Under the pieces are notes generated by a model. That model did no database searches and was not told the origin of the DNA. It saw nothing but the letters and a program-made list of their open reading frames with translations. A stretch of 64,000 nt of DNA, from positions 449,476-513,475 of the forward strand of contig OZ241920.1 of assembly GCA_965203885.1 (NCBI GenBank). The letters run 5' to 3'. This DNA comes from a bacterium (GTDB taxonomy: Bacteria > JAAXHH01). How positions within the stretch are numbered: position 1 is the stretch's first letter; each line of letters starts with the position of its first letter. A program made the translations under genes and the position numbers. Positions 30,639 through 39,490 of the stretch are shown here, piece by piece.

Positions 30639-31490
30639 TCACCCTTCCCCCACTCCAACCGGCCGGTCCTCATCCGTTATCCACTCGCTCCAGGACCCGG
30701 GGTAGAGCACGGCGTCGCCCAGGCCCGCGTGGGCGATGGCGAGCAGGTTGTGGCAGGCCGAGACCCCTGAGCCGCAGTAGTTTACGGCGCGCTCGGCGGG
30801 GATGCCGCCAAGCAGAACCTCGAATCTCCGCTTCAGTTCCTCCGGCGGCAGGAAGCGTCCGTCCTCTCCCAGGTTCCCATCGAAAGAAGCGCAGCGCGCG
30901 CCGGGTATGTGGCCGGCCACGGGGTCGATGGGTTCCTGTTCGCCGCGGAACCGCTCCGGTGTGCGGGCGTCCAGGACGGCCCAGTCCACGTTGACCCGGT
31001 ATCCGTCCACGCCCTCCACGTCGGTGGCCAGGTGCGGCCGGACATCGGCCTTGAAGTCCCGCGGGGCCGCCTGGGGCACATCCCGCGTGACCGGAAGTCC
31101 CTCCCCGGTCCAGGCCGGCCAGCCGCCGTCCACCACGGCGACGGCGTCGTGGCCCAGCCAGCGGAGCATCCACCATACCCGGGCGGCCACCGAACCCCCC
31201 GCGCCGTCGTAGACCGCGACCTGCACGTTTTCGTCGATCCCGAGCCGTGCGAAGACCTCTGCGGCCCGTTCCACGGAAGGCAGCGGGTGGCGGCCCGTCA
31301 CCCCGCGTACGATGGGTCCGGACAGGTCGTCGTCCAGGTGGGCGTACACGGCGCCGGGCACGTGTCCTTCAGCGTATTCCCGGGCGCCCTGGTCCGCGTC
31401 GGCCAGGGAGAACCGCGCGTCGATCACGCGCCAGTCCGGGTCCCGGTGATGGCGGTGCAACGTCCGGACGTCGATCAGGGTGGTGTGCAT
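30639..31490 (-). CDS. sseA: 3-mercaptopyruvate / thiosulfate sulfurtransferase (tandem rhodanese)
   Basis: Two rhodanese domains. Catalytic loop CGSGVSAC in the second. Confidence 0.85.
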   Translation of the reverse strand: MHTTLIDVRTLHRHHRDPDWRVIDARFSLADADQGAREYAEGHVPGAVYAHLDDDLSGPIVRGVTGRHPLPSVERAAEVFARLGIDENVQVAVYDGAGGSVAARVWWMLRWLGHDAVAVVDGGWPAWTGEGLPVTRDVPQAAPRDFKADVRPHLATDVEGVDGYRVNVDWAVLDARTPERFRGEQEPIDPVAGHIPGARCASFDGNLGEDGRFLPPEELKRRFEVLLGGIPAERAVNYCGSGVSACHNLLAIAHAGLGDAVLYPGSWSEWITDEDRPVGVGEG

Positions 31491-31550
31491 GGCCGGCCCT
31501 CCAACTTCAAGGGAATCCTGGTGTCTTCAGTCTAGGGTTTCCCGGTTTCT

Positions 31551-33749
31551 TCAGTCGATTTCGCCGTTCTCGTATACGATCCGGATCGCCCGGATGTTCG
31601 CGATCTTGAAGGCGTGCACGTCGCCCTCGGGTATGCGGTGCGCCTCGACGAAGGGCGCGCCCCGGGTCCGCTCGATGCGGATGGGCTTGATCCGGTGCAG
31701 GAAGCTGCGGCTCCGGTTGCCCAGGTAGTAGTCGATGACGGCCCGGTGGTTGTGCCGCACCGCTATTTCCAGGAGCTCCTGAGTCTGCCCAGGGGACAGG
31801 TACTGCAGGTTGCCGGCCTGCTCGATGTGCGGCGCGTTCGCTTCGGTCCCCCCCGATCCCTTGTGCAGCTGGAACCCGGGCAGGCAGTCCCCGAATCCGA
31901 GCACCGGCTTCTGATCGGAAGGAGGACGTGGTGTATGCTCATGCTCCCCGGCCTCGGAGGTACCGCTTCGATCGCCCTGGCCTGCGCGCGGGCCGTTCGC
32001 GTCGGCGGCGTGGTCCCTTTGGCCGGCATGGCCGGCGTTGGGTACCGAAGCGGGGCCCGACAGTCCGAGGACCCCGGACTTCGGCATGTAACCCTGTTTC
32101 TGGAGCAGGTCCATCAGCTCCCGGTACCGCTTGCGCTCCACGATCAGGGCGTCGGGCGCCACCTCGCCCTTTATGTACGGCGCGAGCTCGCCATGGGCCT
32201 TGATGTGGCTGGCGATCTCGGCGCTGGCGGTCCGCAGGAGAAAAGCGTCCATGAAATACACCTGGCCGTAGGCTTCGCCCCACGACTGGATCGAATACGA
32301 AACGTTCTGGGGCACGTCCTTGTCGGAATGGTCCGCCAGGAAAGCGATGACCTCCTCGCCGGACATGTCCGCGTTGGCGGCCCGGTAGATGGTATTGCGC
32401 GTGACCCGGTAAGTCAGCGCGAAGTCGACCTTCTCGAGGTCGGCGAACCGCTCGAGTCTCTCCCGGATCGCCAGGTCCAGGTCCCTCGGCGCGATGATCT
32501 CGAAGGTCGGCTGGACGATGAAAAACGCGCTCCATGCCTTCTCGTCCGGCCATTCCTGTCCCCCGAACACGTGCCTTCCCGCCGGCGTGATCACCAGGCC
32601 GGCGCCGGACCCGTTCCTGCCGTCGTACCGGCGCAGGAGGCCGATCCATTCGAGTTCGCGCAGCGCGGCGAGGATCTCCGCCCTTTCCTGGTCGCTGAAG
32701 GAATTCGTCTGGATATGGGGCGAGGAACAGGCCAGCACGCAGCGCATGATCTGGTCCAGGTCCACCTGCGCGAATCCCACGCACAGCTGAAGGATCCCGG
32801 GCAGGGCCGACACCGCGGGAGACTGTGCCCGTTCCCTCCCGTGCCAGAAGGCCAGAAGGTCGGCCAGCTTCTCGGAGGTGGACAGTTCCAGCCACGGCTC
32901 GAATTCGACACCGGCGCGGAGGCGCCCGTCCTCCACGCGCGTCAATCCCCGCCAGCGCGCGTACTCCATGACGAAGCCCATCTGTTCCGTGACGTCCTCC
33001 GCCGGGTCCGGCGTGCCGTTCGTCGCCGCTTCCTGCCGCTCCACCATGGCGTCGAGGGCGCGCTTATAGGGCAGTCCCCGGTCCGTGAGCCGCGCCGGAT
33101 TGTGGCGCAGGCCGTTCACGAGGGAGAAGACGTTCCTGACCGCGACGAGGTCCCGGCTCTCGTCTTCCGCCGATCTCGCCGCTTCCGCCTGAAAGAAGCC
33201 CGCCAGCCGGTCCGTGAAGTAGCGGATCAGCATGTCGCGGAGATCTTCCGGAACGATGAAGTCGACGGTGCGGAAAGCGGGGCGCCGCCCGATCACGAGC
33301 GCCCGGGTGAGCAGGCCGTGGAGGTGCTCGTTCAACCGGGCGTTGGCGGGGTTTCTCGTGTCGTAGACCCGTCCCGATTCGCCCGCCGAGAGCACGGCCA
33401 GCAGGACCTCCCGCGCTTCTTCGTCCAGGTCGTCGACGCTTTGATCGATGAAACCGGGCTGGAAGAGCTGGTCCGTGATTTCCCGGATCAGGCGGGCCCG
33501 GGAGATCATGCCGGGCTGCACGCCGAAGGTAAAGGCGATGGTTTTCAGGTCGCCCATGGGCAGAGCGGCGAGGTAGTCCTGGATGATCACGGGTTCATTC
33601 CCACTCGATGGCGAACGAGCGATCTCAACGCTTTGGATATCAAGGGCTTGCTTGTAAGCGGACGGAACGAACGAGGTCGACCATCTGCTGGCGGAAGGCC
33701 GCCGGACAGGTACCATGGCATCCGGGCACGTGGCACTCCTTATAACCAT
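31551..33749 (-). CDS. large conserved hypothetical soluble protein (732 aa), function unknown
   Basis: Intact 732-codon ORF with coding-like composition. It has no TM segment or P-loop. The C-terminal about 90 aa (VIDYYLGNRSRSFLHRIKPIRIE...FKIANIRAIRIVYENGEID) looks like a small beta-rich ligand or DNA-binding module. It sits 60 nt upstream of sseA on the same strand. Confidence 0.55.
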   Translation of the reverse strand: MVIRSATCPDAMVPVRRPSASRWSTSFVPSAYKQALDIQSVEIARSPSSGNEPVIIQDYLAALPMGDLKTIAFTFGVQPGMISRARLIREITDQLFQPGFIDQSVDDLDEEAREVLLAVLSAGESGRVYDTRNPANARLNEHLHGLLTRALVIGRRPAFRTVDFIVPEDLRDMLIRYFTDRLAGFFQAEAARSAEDESRDLVAVRNVFSLVNGLRHNPARLTDRGLPYKRALDAMVERQEAATNGTPDPAEDVTEQMGFVMEYARWRGLTRVEDGRLRAGVEFEPWLELSTSEKLADLLAFWHGRERAQSPAVSALPGILQLCVGFAQVDLDQIMRCVLACSSPHIQTNSFSDQERAEILAALRELEWIGLLRRYDGRNGSGAGLVITPAGRHVFGGQEWPDEKAWSAFFIVQPTFEIIAPRDLDLAIRERLERFADLEKVDFALTYRVTRNTIYRAANADMSGEEVIAFLADHSDKDVPQNVSYSIQSWGEAYGQVYFMDAFLLRTASAEIASHIKAHGELAPYIKGEVAPDALIVERKRYRELMDLLQKQGYMPKSGVLGLSGPASVPNAGHAGQRDHAADANGPRAGQGDRSGTSEAGEHEHTPRPPSDQKPVLGFGDCLPGFQLHKGSGGTEANAPHIEQAGNLQYLSPGQTQELLEIAVRHNHRAVIDYYLGNRSRSFLHRIKPIRIERTRGAPFVEAHRIPEGDVHAFKIANIRAIRIVYENGEID

Positions 33750-33916
33750 AAGAAGTTACATGTCCGTCAAACCGGGTCAACTCCATTCTCACGGGGATGG
33801 GGCAACGGCGGGAACCCCTTGTCTGTCTGCCCGCAGCAACAGCCTTCGCAGAACACGATCTGCCCGAGCACCTCGCCACGGTTCGTAGCCAGTGGTTCGT
33901 GCTTGGCGAGGGTTAC

Positions 33917-34070
33917 GCGGATGCGTTGCGTTTGAGCGTTCACGCTTGTTGTGCTTCCTGCGCTTGTTGCGCGCGATGACGACGTTTCGCGGATGCGTTG
34001 CGTTTGAGCGTTCATGCTTGTTGTGCCTGTTGTGCTTGTCGTGCGTGTTGACGTTTGCGGATGCGAATCA
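33917..34070. repeat. roughly 70-bp direct tandem repeat x about 2.2 overlapping the 3' end of the PepSY gene
   Basis: gcggatgcgttgcgtttgagcgttca[c/t]gcttgttgtgc occurs at 33917 and 33989, with a partial copy at 34057. Confidence 0.8.
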
Positions 34071-35556
34071 GGCGTCGCCAGGAGACGACAACTGCGGTTG
34101 AAGAGAACAGGAATCCGGCGCCGCACAACGCGATCACCACCAGATCCCAGGCGGGGCGATGGTCGATGAGAACACGGAAATCCAGGCTGTGAAGGCCATT
34201 GTACAGCCAGCGGCGCGCGCGTCCTGTCTCAGTGAGTTGGTTAATCAGCTCACCGGTGGTGAGGTCGATGTGGTACCAGGTGGCGTTGGCATCATCGAAG
34301 CGCACCCGCAACACGGGCAGCGTACGCCAGCGCTTGTGGTGGGAGTAATAGTAGATATCGTAATCAGTAAGCCGCTCGACCGAGACGGTCCCGTGGCCTG
34401 CCATGACCTGCTTTATTTGCGCGAGGGCGGATTCCTCGAGACGGCCCTGCTCCAATGAAGTCAGCATTTGACGTCGGCCGTCGCCGGCGACGGCGTATGC
34501 GTAGTGCGATTCACCCAGCCATTGCCACACCAGTTCCCGCGTGTCGGGCGGGAGGTCCAGGTTGCGGCCGGGCGACGCGAAGGCTTCATGAGCCAGGTTG
34601 TCTCCGACGGCGGGAGCGCCTTTGTACGCGGCGAGCCGCGCGCTGAAGGGGATTTCATCGTCGAACACCCCCCAGGGGTTCATCGACAGGAGGCCGCTGA
34701 CCAAGTAAGTCGTCAGCGGTACCAGGAAAATCAGCCCCAGGATGTGGTGCAGTTGCATGGTGCCCCGGTAGGGGGTCATCACGTTGCGGCGATAGCGCTT
34801 GCGAAGCCGCAGGCGCACGAAGCCGATCACCGCACCGGAGACAATGGACACCAACCCGGCGAGTGAGAGTACCACGACGACCCAGTGCCAGATCGAGCTG
34901 TGGCGGCGGAGCTGCAGCGGATAGATCCAGTGCAGGTTCGCCCCTAGCCAGTTCCAGCCCCGTTCCAGCGCGCTGGTATCCCGCACCACTTCCCCGGTCG
35001 CCGAAGAGACATACAGTTCGGTGCCCGCCGGATCGTTCAGCGCCACCGAGTGGAGCGGCCGATGGGGATGGAGGCTGCTGGACACGGACCACTGGTCCAT
35101 GAACAGGAGCGCCTGGTGAACCGGTTGCGTCGGCGGGAGGCCCGCCGAGTGGGCAAAAACCCGGCTCGCGTGGACGGCGTCTTCCGCGTCGATTTCGCCG
35201 ATCCTGGCGCCGGTGTCGGCAAACAGGCCATGGCGCGTGCCGTCGCCGGAGCGCAGAAGCCAGGCGGGCCGTCCAAGCACGGAGGTAAGCCGCAGTTCCT
35301 CGATGATCTGCGACGGATCGAGGCGCTGCAACAGGTCGGCCGGGCCGAACCGCAGTTTATCCTGTTCGAGTTCCGGCAGCGCGGCGAGTCGTTCCGCCCG
35401 TGTCAAGGACGGAAATCCCACATACATCATCACCACGCCGGATAAAAACCACATGGCCACGAGCAGGCACATGAAGATCCCGAGCCAGCGGTGGGTGAGG
35501 TAGAGCCAGCGGCGGGTGCGATACAGGCAGTGGCGGATGTTCAAAGCCAGATTCAA
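34012..35556 (-). CDS. PepSY-associated TM helix protein (PiuB-like membrane protein)
   Basis: Topology typical of PepSY_TM proteins (RWLYLTHRWLGIFMCLLVAMWFLSGVVMMY ... four TM helices with HR/HW motifs). Start assigned to a TTG at 35554-35556 that overlaps the WD40 stop as TTGA. The track's 165-codon N-terminal extension overlaps the WD40 gene and is Arg-rich junk. Confidence 0.75.
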   Translation of the reverse strand: MNLALNIRHCLYRTRRWLYLTHRWLGIFMCLLVAMWFLSGVVMMYVGFPSLTRAERLAALPELEQDKLRFGPADLLQRLDPSQIIEELRLTSVLGRPAWLLRSGDGTRHGLFADTGARIGEIDAEDAVHASRVFAHSAGLPPTQPVHQALLFMDQWSVSSSLHPHRPLHSVALNDPAGTELYVSSATGEVVRDTSALERGWNWLGANLHWIYPLQLRRHSSIWHWVVVVLSLAGLVSIVSGAVIGFVRLRLRKRYRRNVMTPYRGTMQLHHILGLIFLVPLTTYLVSGLLSMNPWGVFDDEIPFSARLAAYKGAPAVGDNLAHEAFASPGRNLDLPPDTRELVWQWLGESHYAYAVAGDGRRQMLTSLEQGRLEESALAQIKQVMAGHGTVSVERLTDYDIYYYSHHKRWRTLPVLRVRFDDANATWYHIDLTTGELINQLTETGRARRWLYNGLHSLDFRVLIDHRPAWDLVVIALCGAGFLFSSTAVVVSWRRLIRIRKRQHARQAQQAQQA

Positions 35557-36599
35557 CTGCTGCCCACCCGCCAGACCGTTACGCCGCCCTGCGCGTCGAG
35601 CGCGGCGAGTGCGCGGCCGTCCGGCCGCCAATACAATCCGGAGACGACGTCCGCCACGGCCCCGGTCCCTATCCGGCCGCCTTTGCCGTCTCGCTTGAGC
35701 GACCACGCAACCACGGCCCCGTCGCGGCCTCCCGATGCCAGGCGCATGGCGCCGGGCGCGAAGGATAGCTTCGTTATGGGCTGAACGTGATACTCCAGGA
35801 CGCCGGGCCGCGTGCCTTCGGGACCCGTTCCCCGGAAGCTCCAGACCGTCACCGCCTCCGCTCCGCCGGTGGCCAGCAGCGTGCCGGTGGCATCGAACGC
35901 CAGGGCCGACGGCTTGTTGGGATATCCGGACATCATGGAGTCCTTCCCCGAGGAGCGACGCCAGAAGTGCACCGAGTTGTCCTGGCTGCCGCAGGCCACG
36001 ATACCCCCGCCCGGACTCAGTACCATCGACACCAGGGATCCCTGCCACTCCAGCGTCTGTTGAGGCTCGCCGGTGTACGCGTCGAAGAACGTGACGCGAC
36101 CGTAACAGGCCGACGCCAGTTCCTCCGCGCTCGACCAGGCGATGGCGCTGACGGTGCTGGGATGATCTTCGGACCGCCAGACCTCCGTGCTGTCCACGTC
36201 ATATACGCGAACCTGCCTGGAGCAGGTGGCCGCCAGCCATTGGCCGTCCGGCGACCACGCCACGTTTTCCACCCAGCCGCTTCCGACGTCGATCGTCCCG
36301 CTTACCTGGCCATCGGCGGCGCTCCAGATCAGGACCCGGCTGTCCTGCCCAGCCGTGGCGAACGTGGTCCCGCCCGGGTGCATCGCCACCGCGAGCAGAC
36401 CGCCCTCATGGATCCCGCGACGTGCCCAGGAGGGCGCGCCGGATTTGCCGTCGAACGCGTAGACACCGCCCGCGGAATCACCGACCATCAGGGCCTCGCC
36501 GCGCAGGCTCCAACCCCCCGCGATGGCGTAGTCGTCGACCGACGCGGACCAACCCCGGCGCAGCGCACCCCTCGAGCTGCCGGCGTTCAGACCAGACAT
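35553..36599 (-). CDS. WD40-repeat beta-propeller protein (cytoplasmic)
   Basis: Repeated GxxDxxVxxW / WS blades across 348 aa. No signal peptide. Overlaps the COG0523 stop by 13 nt and the PepSY start by 4 nt. Confidence 0.8.
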   Translation of the reverse strand: MSGLNAGSSRGALRRGWSASVDDYAIAGGWSLRGEALMVGDSAGGVYAFDGKSGAPSWARRGIHEGGLLAVAMHPGGTTFATAGQDSRVLIWSAADGQVSGTIDVGSGWVENVAWSPDGQWLAATCSRQVRVYDVDSTEVWRSEDHPSTVSAIAWSSAEELASACYGRVTFFDAYTGEPQQTLEWQGSLVSMVLSPGGGIVACGSQDNSVHFWRRSSGKDSMMSGYPNKPSALAFDATGTLLATGGAEAVTVWSFRGTGPEGTRPGVLEYHVQPITKLSFAPGAMRLASGGRDGAVVAWSLKRDGKGGRIGTGAVADVVSGLYWRPDGRALAALDAQGGVTVWRVGSS

Positions 36600-37933
36600 G
36601 CATCGAACCCCTTCCGCATGCTCTGCTCATCGAGATTGCGTCCGATGAAGACGAGCTGATTGCGGCGGGGCTCGTCTCCCCATGGGCGGTCCGGCTGGCC
36701 GTCAAAGAGCATGTGAACGCCCTGGAAGACGAAGCGGCGCGACTCGCCCGCGAGGCTGATGAAGCCCTTCATCCGGAAGATGTCCACCCCCCGTTCCATG
36801 AGCAGTTCACTAAGCCACGCGTTGAGCCGGTCGGGACTGACGTCGCCGTCCCGCTCGATTGCGATCGAGCCCACTTCGTCGTCGTGCTCATGCTGTGCGA
36901 CCCAGGTGCGCTCGGCCTCATGCCCGATGGCCGTGCCTTCCGCGTTCTTCACCTGGAGATCGAACTCATCGGCGGTGTGCTGGGCGAAGAGGCCTACCCG
37001 CTGCCGTGTATCGACTTCCAGGAAGAACGACTTGCGCCCCGGGATATCGAGCTGAAGGTTCACGTGCTTTCCGACAGGAATCTTATCCCCCGGGCTGATC
37101 TGCTCCGCAGGTTCGGCGTACCGCCGCACGCACCACTCCGCGCCCTCGCGGAGGGCAGCGTCATCCGTGTCCTGTTCGGGCACGACGACGAGCGACATCG
37201 CCGGATCAGGCCCTTCAGCGAGGCTGATTTCGTAGCGGCCGGCATCGAGCGAATAGACGCCCGTCCATTCGAAGGGGTATTCCGGCTCGAGGAAGGTGGG
37301 ACGAACCTCGAGCACCTGGTCCAGGTCGAAGGCCTCGAGGTTGAGCACTGTGTCGACGGTGACGTTCGCCCGCTCGCTGCGCACGACTTTCGCCATTCGG
37401 TTCATTTCCCGGAGCCGGGTTTCGAGCCGGTCGAGGGCCTCGTTGTCGACCAGGTCCGTCTTGTTGAGCACCAGGACGTCGGCAAAGGCGATTTGCTCGG
37501 TGCTTTCGTCGCTTCGGCCGAGCTGTTGCTCGATGTGGGCCGCGTCGACGAGCGTGACGATCCCGTCAAGGGCGTACTCCGTGCGAATCTCGTCGTCCAT
37601 GAAGAAGGTCTGGGCGACCGGGCCCGGATCGGCGAGCCCCGTGGTCTCCACCAGCACGTAGTCGAACTTGTCGCGGCGCTTCATGAGATTGCCGAGCACG
37701 CGGATCAGGTCACCGCGCACCGTGCAGCAGATGCAGCCGTTCGACATCTCGAAGATCTCTTCGTCCGCGTCGATGACGAGGGCCTGATCGATGCCGACCT
37801 CCCCGTACTCGTTCTCGATCACGGCGATGCGCTTGCCGTGCTCCTCGGTCAGGATCCGGTTGAGCAGGGTCGTCTTGCCGGATCCGAGGAAGCCGGTGAG
37901 GATGGAAACGGGTACTTTTTGCGGCGTGTTCAT
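36587..37933 (-). CDS. COG0523-family GTPase, putative zinc metallochaperone (CobW/YciC/ZigA-like)
   Basis: P-loop GFLGSGKTT. Metal-binding GCICC (CxCC). NKTD. C-terminal CobW_C-like domain. A His/acidic-rich insertion (AQHEHDDEV). It is adjacent to zur and znuABC. Confidence 0.85.
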   Translation of the reverse strand: MNTPQKVPVSILTGFLGSGKTTLLNRILTEEHGKRIAVIENEYGEVGIDQALVIDADEEIFEMSNGCICCTVRGDLIRVLGNLMKRRDKFDYVLVETTGLADPGPVAQTFFMDDEIRTEYALDGIVTLVDAAHIEQQLGRSDESTEQIAFADVLVLNKTDLVDNEALDRLETRLREMNRMAKVVRSERANVTVDTVLNLEAFDLDQVLEVRPTFLEPEYPFEWTGVYSLDAGRYEISLAEGPDPAMSLVVVPEQDTDDAALREGAEWCVRRYAEPAEQISPGDKIPVGKHVNLQLDIPGRKSFFLEVDTRQRVGLFAQHTADEFDLQVKNAEGTAIGHEAERTWVAQHEHDDEVGSIAIERDGDVSPDRLNAWLSELLMERGVDIFRMKGFISLAGESRRFVFQGVHMLFDGQPDRPWGDEPRRNQLVFIGRNLDEQSMRKGFDACLV

Positions 37934-37976
37934 CTAGTGCTCCTTGGTGAGTGGTTCGTTGGTGAATGGTTTCGTC

Positions 37977-38438
37977 TCAGTCCGCATCGTTTTTCTCCGA
38001 AACGCACTGCGCGCAGGTCCCCAGCAGTTCGACGACCGGCCGCCTGGTACGGAATCCAATCTCATTGCCCGCCGCTTTCAGGCTCATGGCCACGCTGGGG
38101 TCTTCGACCTCGGCCACCTCGCCGCAGTCATCGCAGATCAGGAACTGGCTGGCGTGCGGATGATCCGGATGCGCGCAGCCCACATAGGCGTTCAGGCTCT
38201 CGAGCTTGTGCACCAGGCCCTGGTCGAGCAGGAAATTCAATGCCCTGTAGACCGTAGGCGGCGCGGGATTCCTGACCACGCCGCGCATGCGCTCCAATAG
38301 CTCGTAGGCACTGAGCGGCTTTTCTGATACGCACAGCAGCTCAAGCGCGGCCTTGCGTTGTTCGGTCAACCGCGCGCCGCGCTCACGGCACAGCGCCTCG
38401 GCTCGTTCGAGTACCTGGGAAAGCGTTTTGTTATCCAT
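37977..38438 (-). CDS. zur: Fur-family regulator, most likely Zur
   Basis: Winged-helix N-terminus. Metal sites HPDHPHxxxxICxxC ... CxxC. It lies between znuA and the COG0523 gene. Confidence 0.8.
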   Translation of the reverse strand: MDNKTLSQVLERAEALCRERGARLTEQRKAALELLCVSEKPLSAYELLERMRGVVRNPAPPTVYRALNFLLDQGLVHKLESLNAYVGCAHPDHPHASQFLICDDCGEVAEVEDPSVAMSLKAAGNEIGFRTRRPVVELLGTCAQCVSEKNDAD

Positions 38439-38548
38439 GGGTTTCTCCTCGCCATGCACTTCTTCGTGGCGGCCGGTTGCGAACAGCGGCGATCACGGAC
38501 TGCGGAAATCCTGCGGACAAGACATGTACGCCCGTTCTCCTGAACCGA

Positions 38549-39490
38549 TCAGGCGCCTAAGGCGGCGACTAATGTACGGATGTTGTGCAGCATCATGCCA
38601 AGGTGGGTGCCGGCCGGCCCGTCCTCCCTCGACAGCGCGTCCGAATAGAGCGTGCCGCCGATCCGCGCTCCGGTTTCCCGGACGATCTGGTCGAGCAGGC
38701 GGCGGTCGGAGATGTTGTCGACGAAGACGGCCGGGATCTTTTCCCTTTTTATCTGACGGATCAGCCTGGCGACGTCGCCCGCGGACGCCTCCGCTTCGGT
38801 GCTGAAACCGACCGGCGCATGGAATTCGATGCCATAGGCCGCCGACAGATAGCCGAACGCGTCGTGGGATGTGACCACCTTGCGCCGTTCGGCCGGAAGC
38901 GAATCGACCGCCTTGCGGACCTGTGCCTCCACCGCGTCGATCTCCTCCATGTAGCGCGCCGCGTTGCAGCGATAGATGTCGGCCCCCGCGGGGTCGATCG
39001 CGGCCAGGCCATCGGCGATGTTGCGGACATAGATCCGGGTATTGGCCAGACTCTGCCAGGCATGGGGGTCGATCTCGCCCTGGTCGTGATCCGCCATCCT
39101 GCGGGGTGCGACGCCGGCGGTCGCCGTCACGATGCGTCCCTTGTAGCCGGATGCCTCAGTCAGGCGTTCTATCCAGCCCTCGAAACCCAGTCCATTGATG
39201 ACCAGCAGCCTGGCTCCGGCGACGGCCCGGGCGTCCGCCGGGGTCGGGCGATAGACGTGCGCGTCGGCGTCGGGGCCGACGAGGGTGGTGACGCGTACCC
39301 GGTCCCCGCCTACCTGCCGGACCATATCGCCCAGGATGCTGAAGGAGGCGACGACGTCGACGGCGGCGTGGGCCCGGGCGGTCACCGGCCCCGAAAGGGC
39401 GATCAAGCCGGCGGCGAGTACGTAAGAAAGGACAGCACGTCGGGATATCATGGGATTTCGCTTCAGTTTATGGTGATGTATTGGGATCAT
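38549..39490 (-). CDS. znuA: ZnuA/TroA-family metal ABC transporter substrate-binding protein
   Basis: Cluster 9 SBP fold. The start ATG at 39488-39490 overlaps the znuB stop as ATGA. Tat-like SRRAVLSYVL signal. His-rich extreme N-terminus (IPIHHH). Confidence 0.85.
   Translation of the reverse strand: MIPIHHHKLKRNPMISRRAVLSYVLAAGLIALSGPVTARAHAAVDVVASFSILGDMVRQVGGDRVRVTTLVGPDADAHVYRPTPADARAVAGARLLVINGLGFEGWIERLTEASGYKGRIVTATAGVAPRRMADHDQGEIDPHAWQSLANTRIYVRNIADGLAAIDPAGADIYRCNAARYMEEIDAVEAQVRKAVDSLPAERRKVVTSHDAFGYLSAAYGIEFHAPVGFSTEAEASAGDVARLIRQIKREKIPAVFVDNISDRRLLDQIVRETGARIGGTLYSDALSREDGPAGTHLGMMLHNIRTLVAALGA

Noticed and set aside
35557-36048. 165-codon N-terminal extension of the PepSY ORF (start at 36048)
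   Set aside because: It overlaps the WD40 gene out of frame and has Arg-rich junk composition. A TTG overlapping the WD40 stop (TTGA) gives a canonical PepSY_TM N-terminus.
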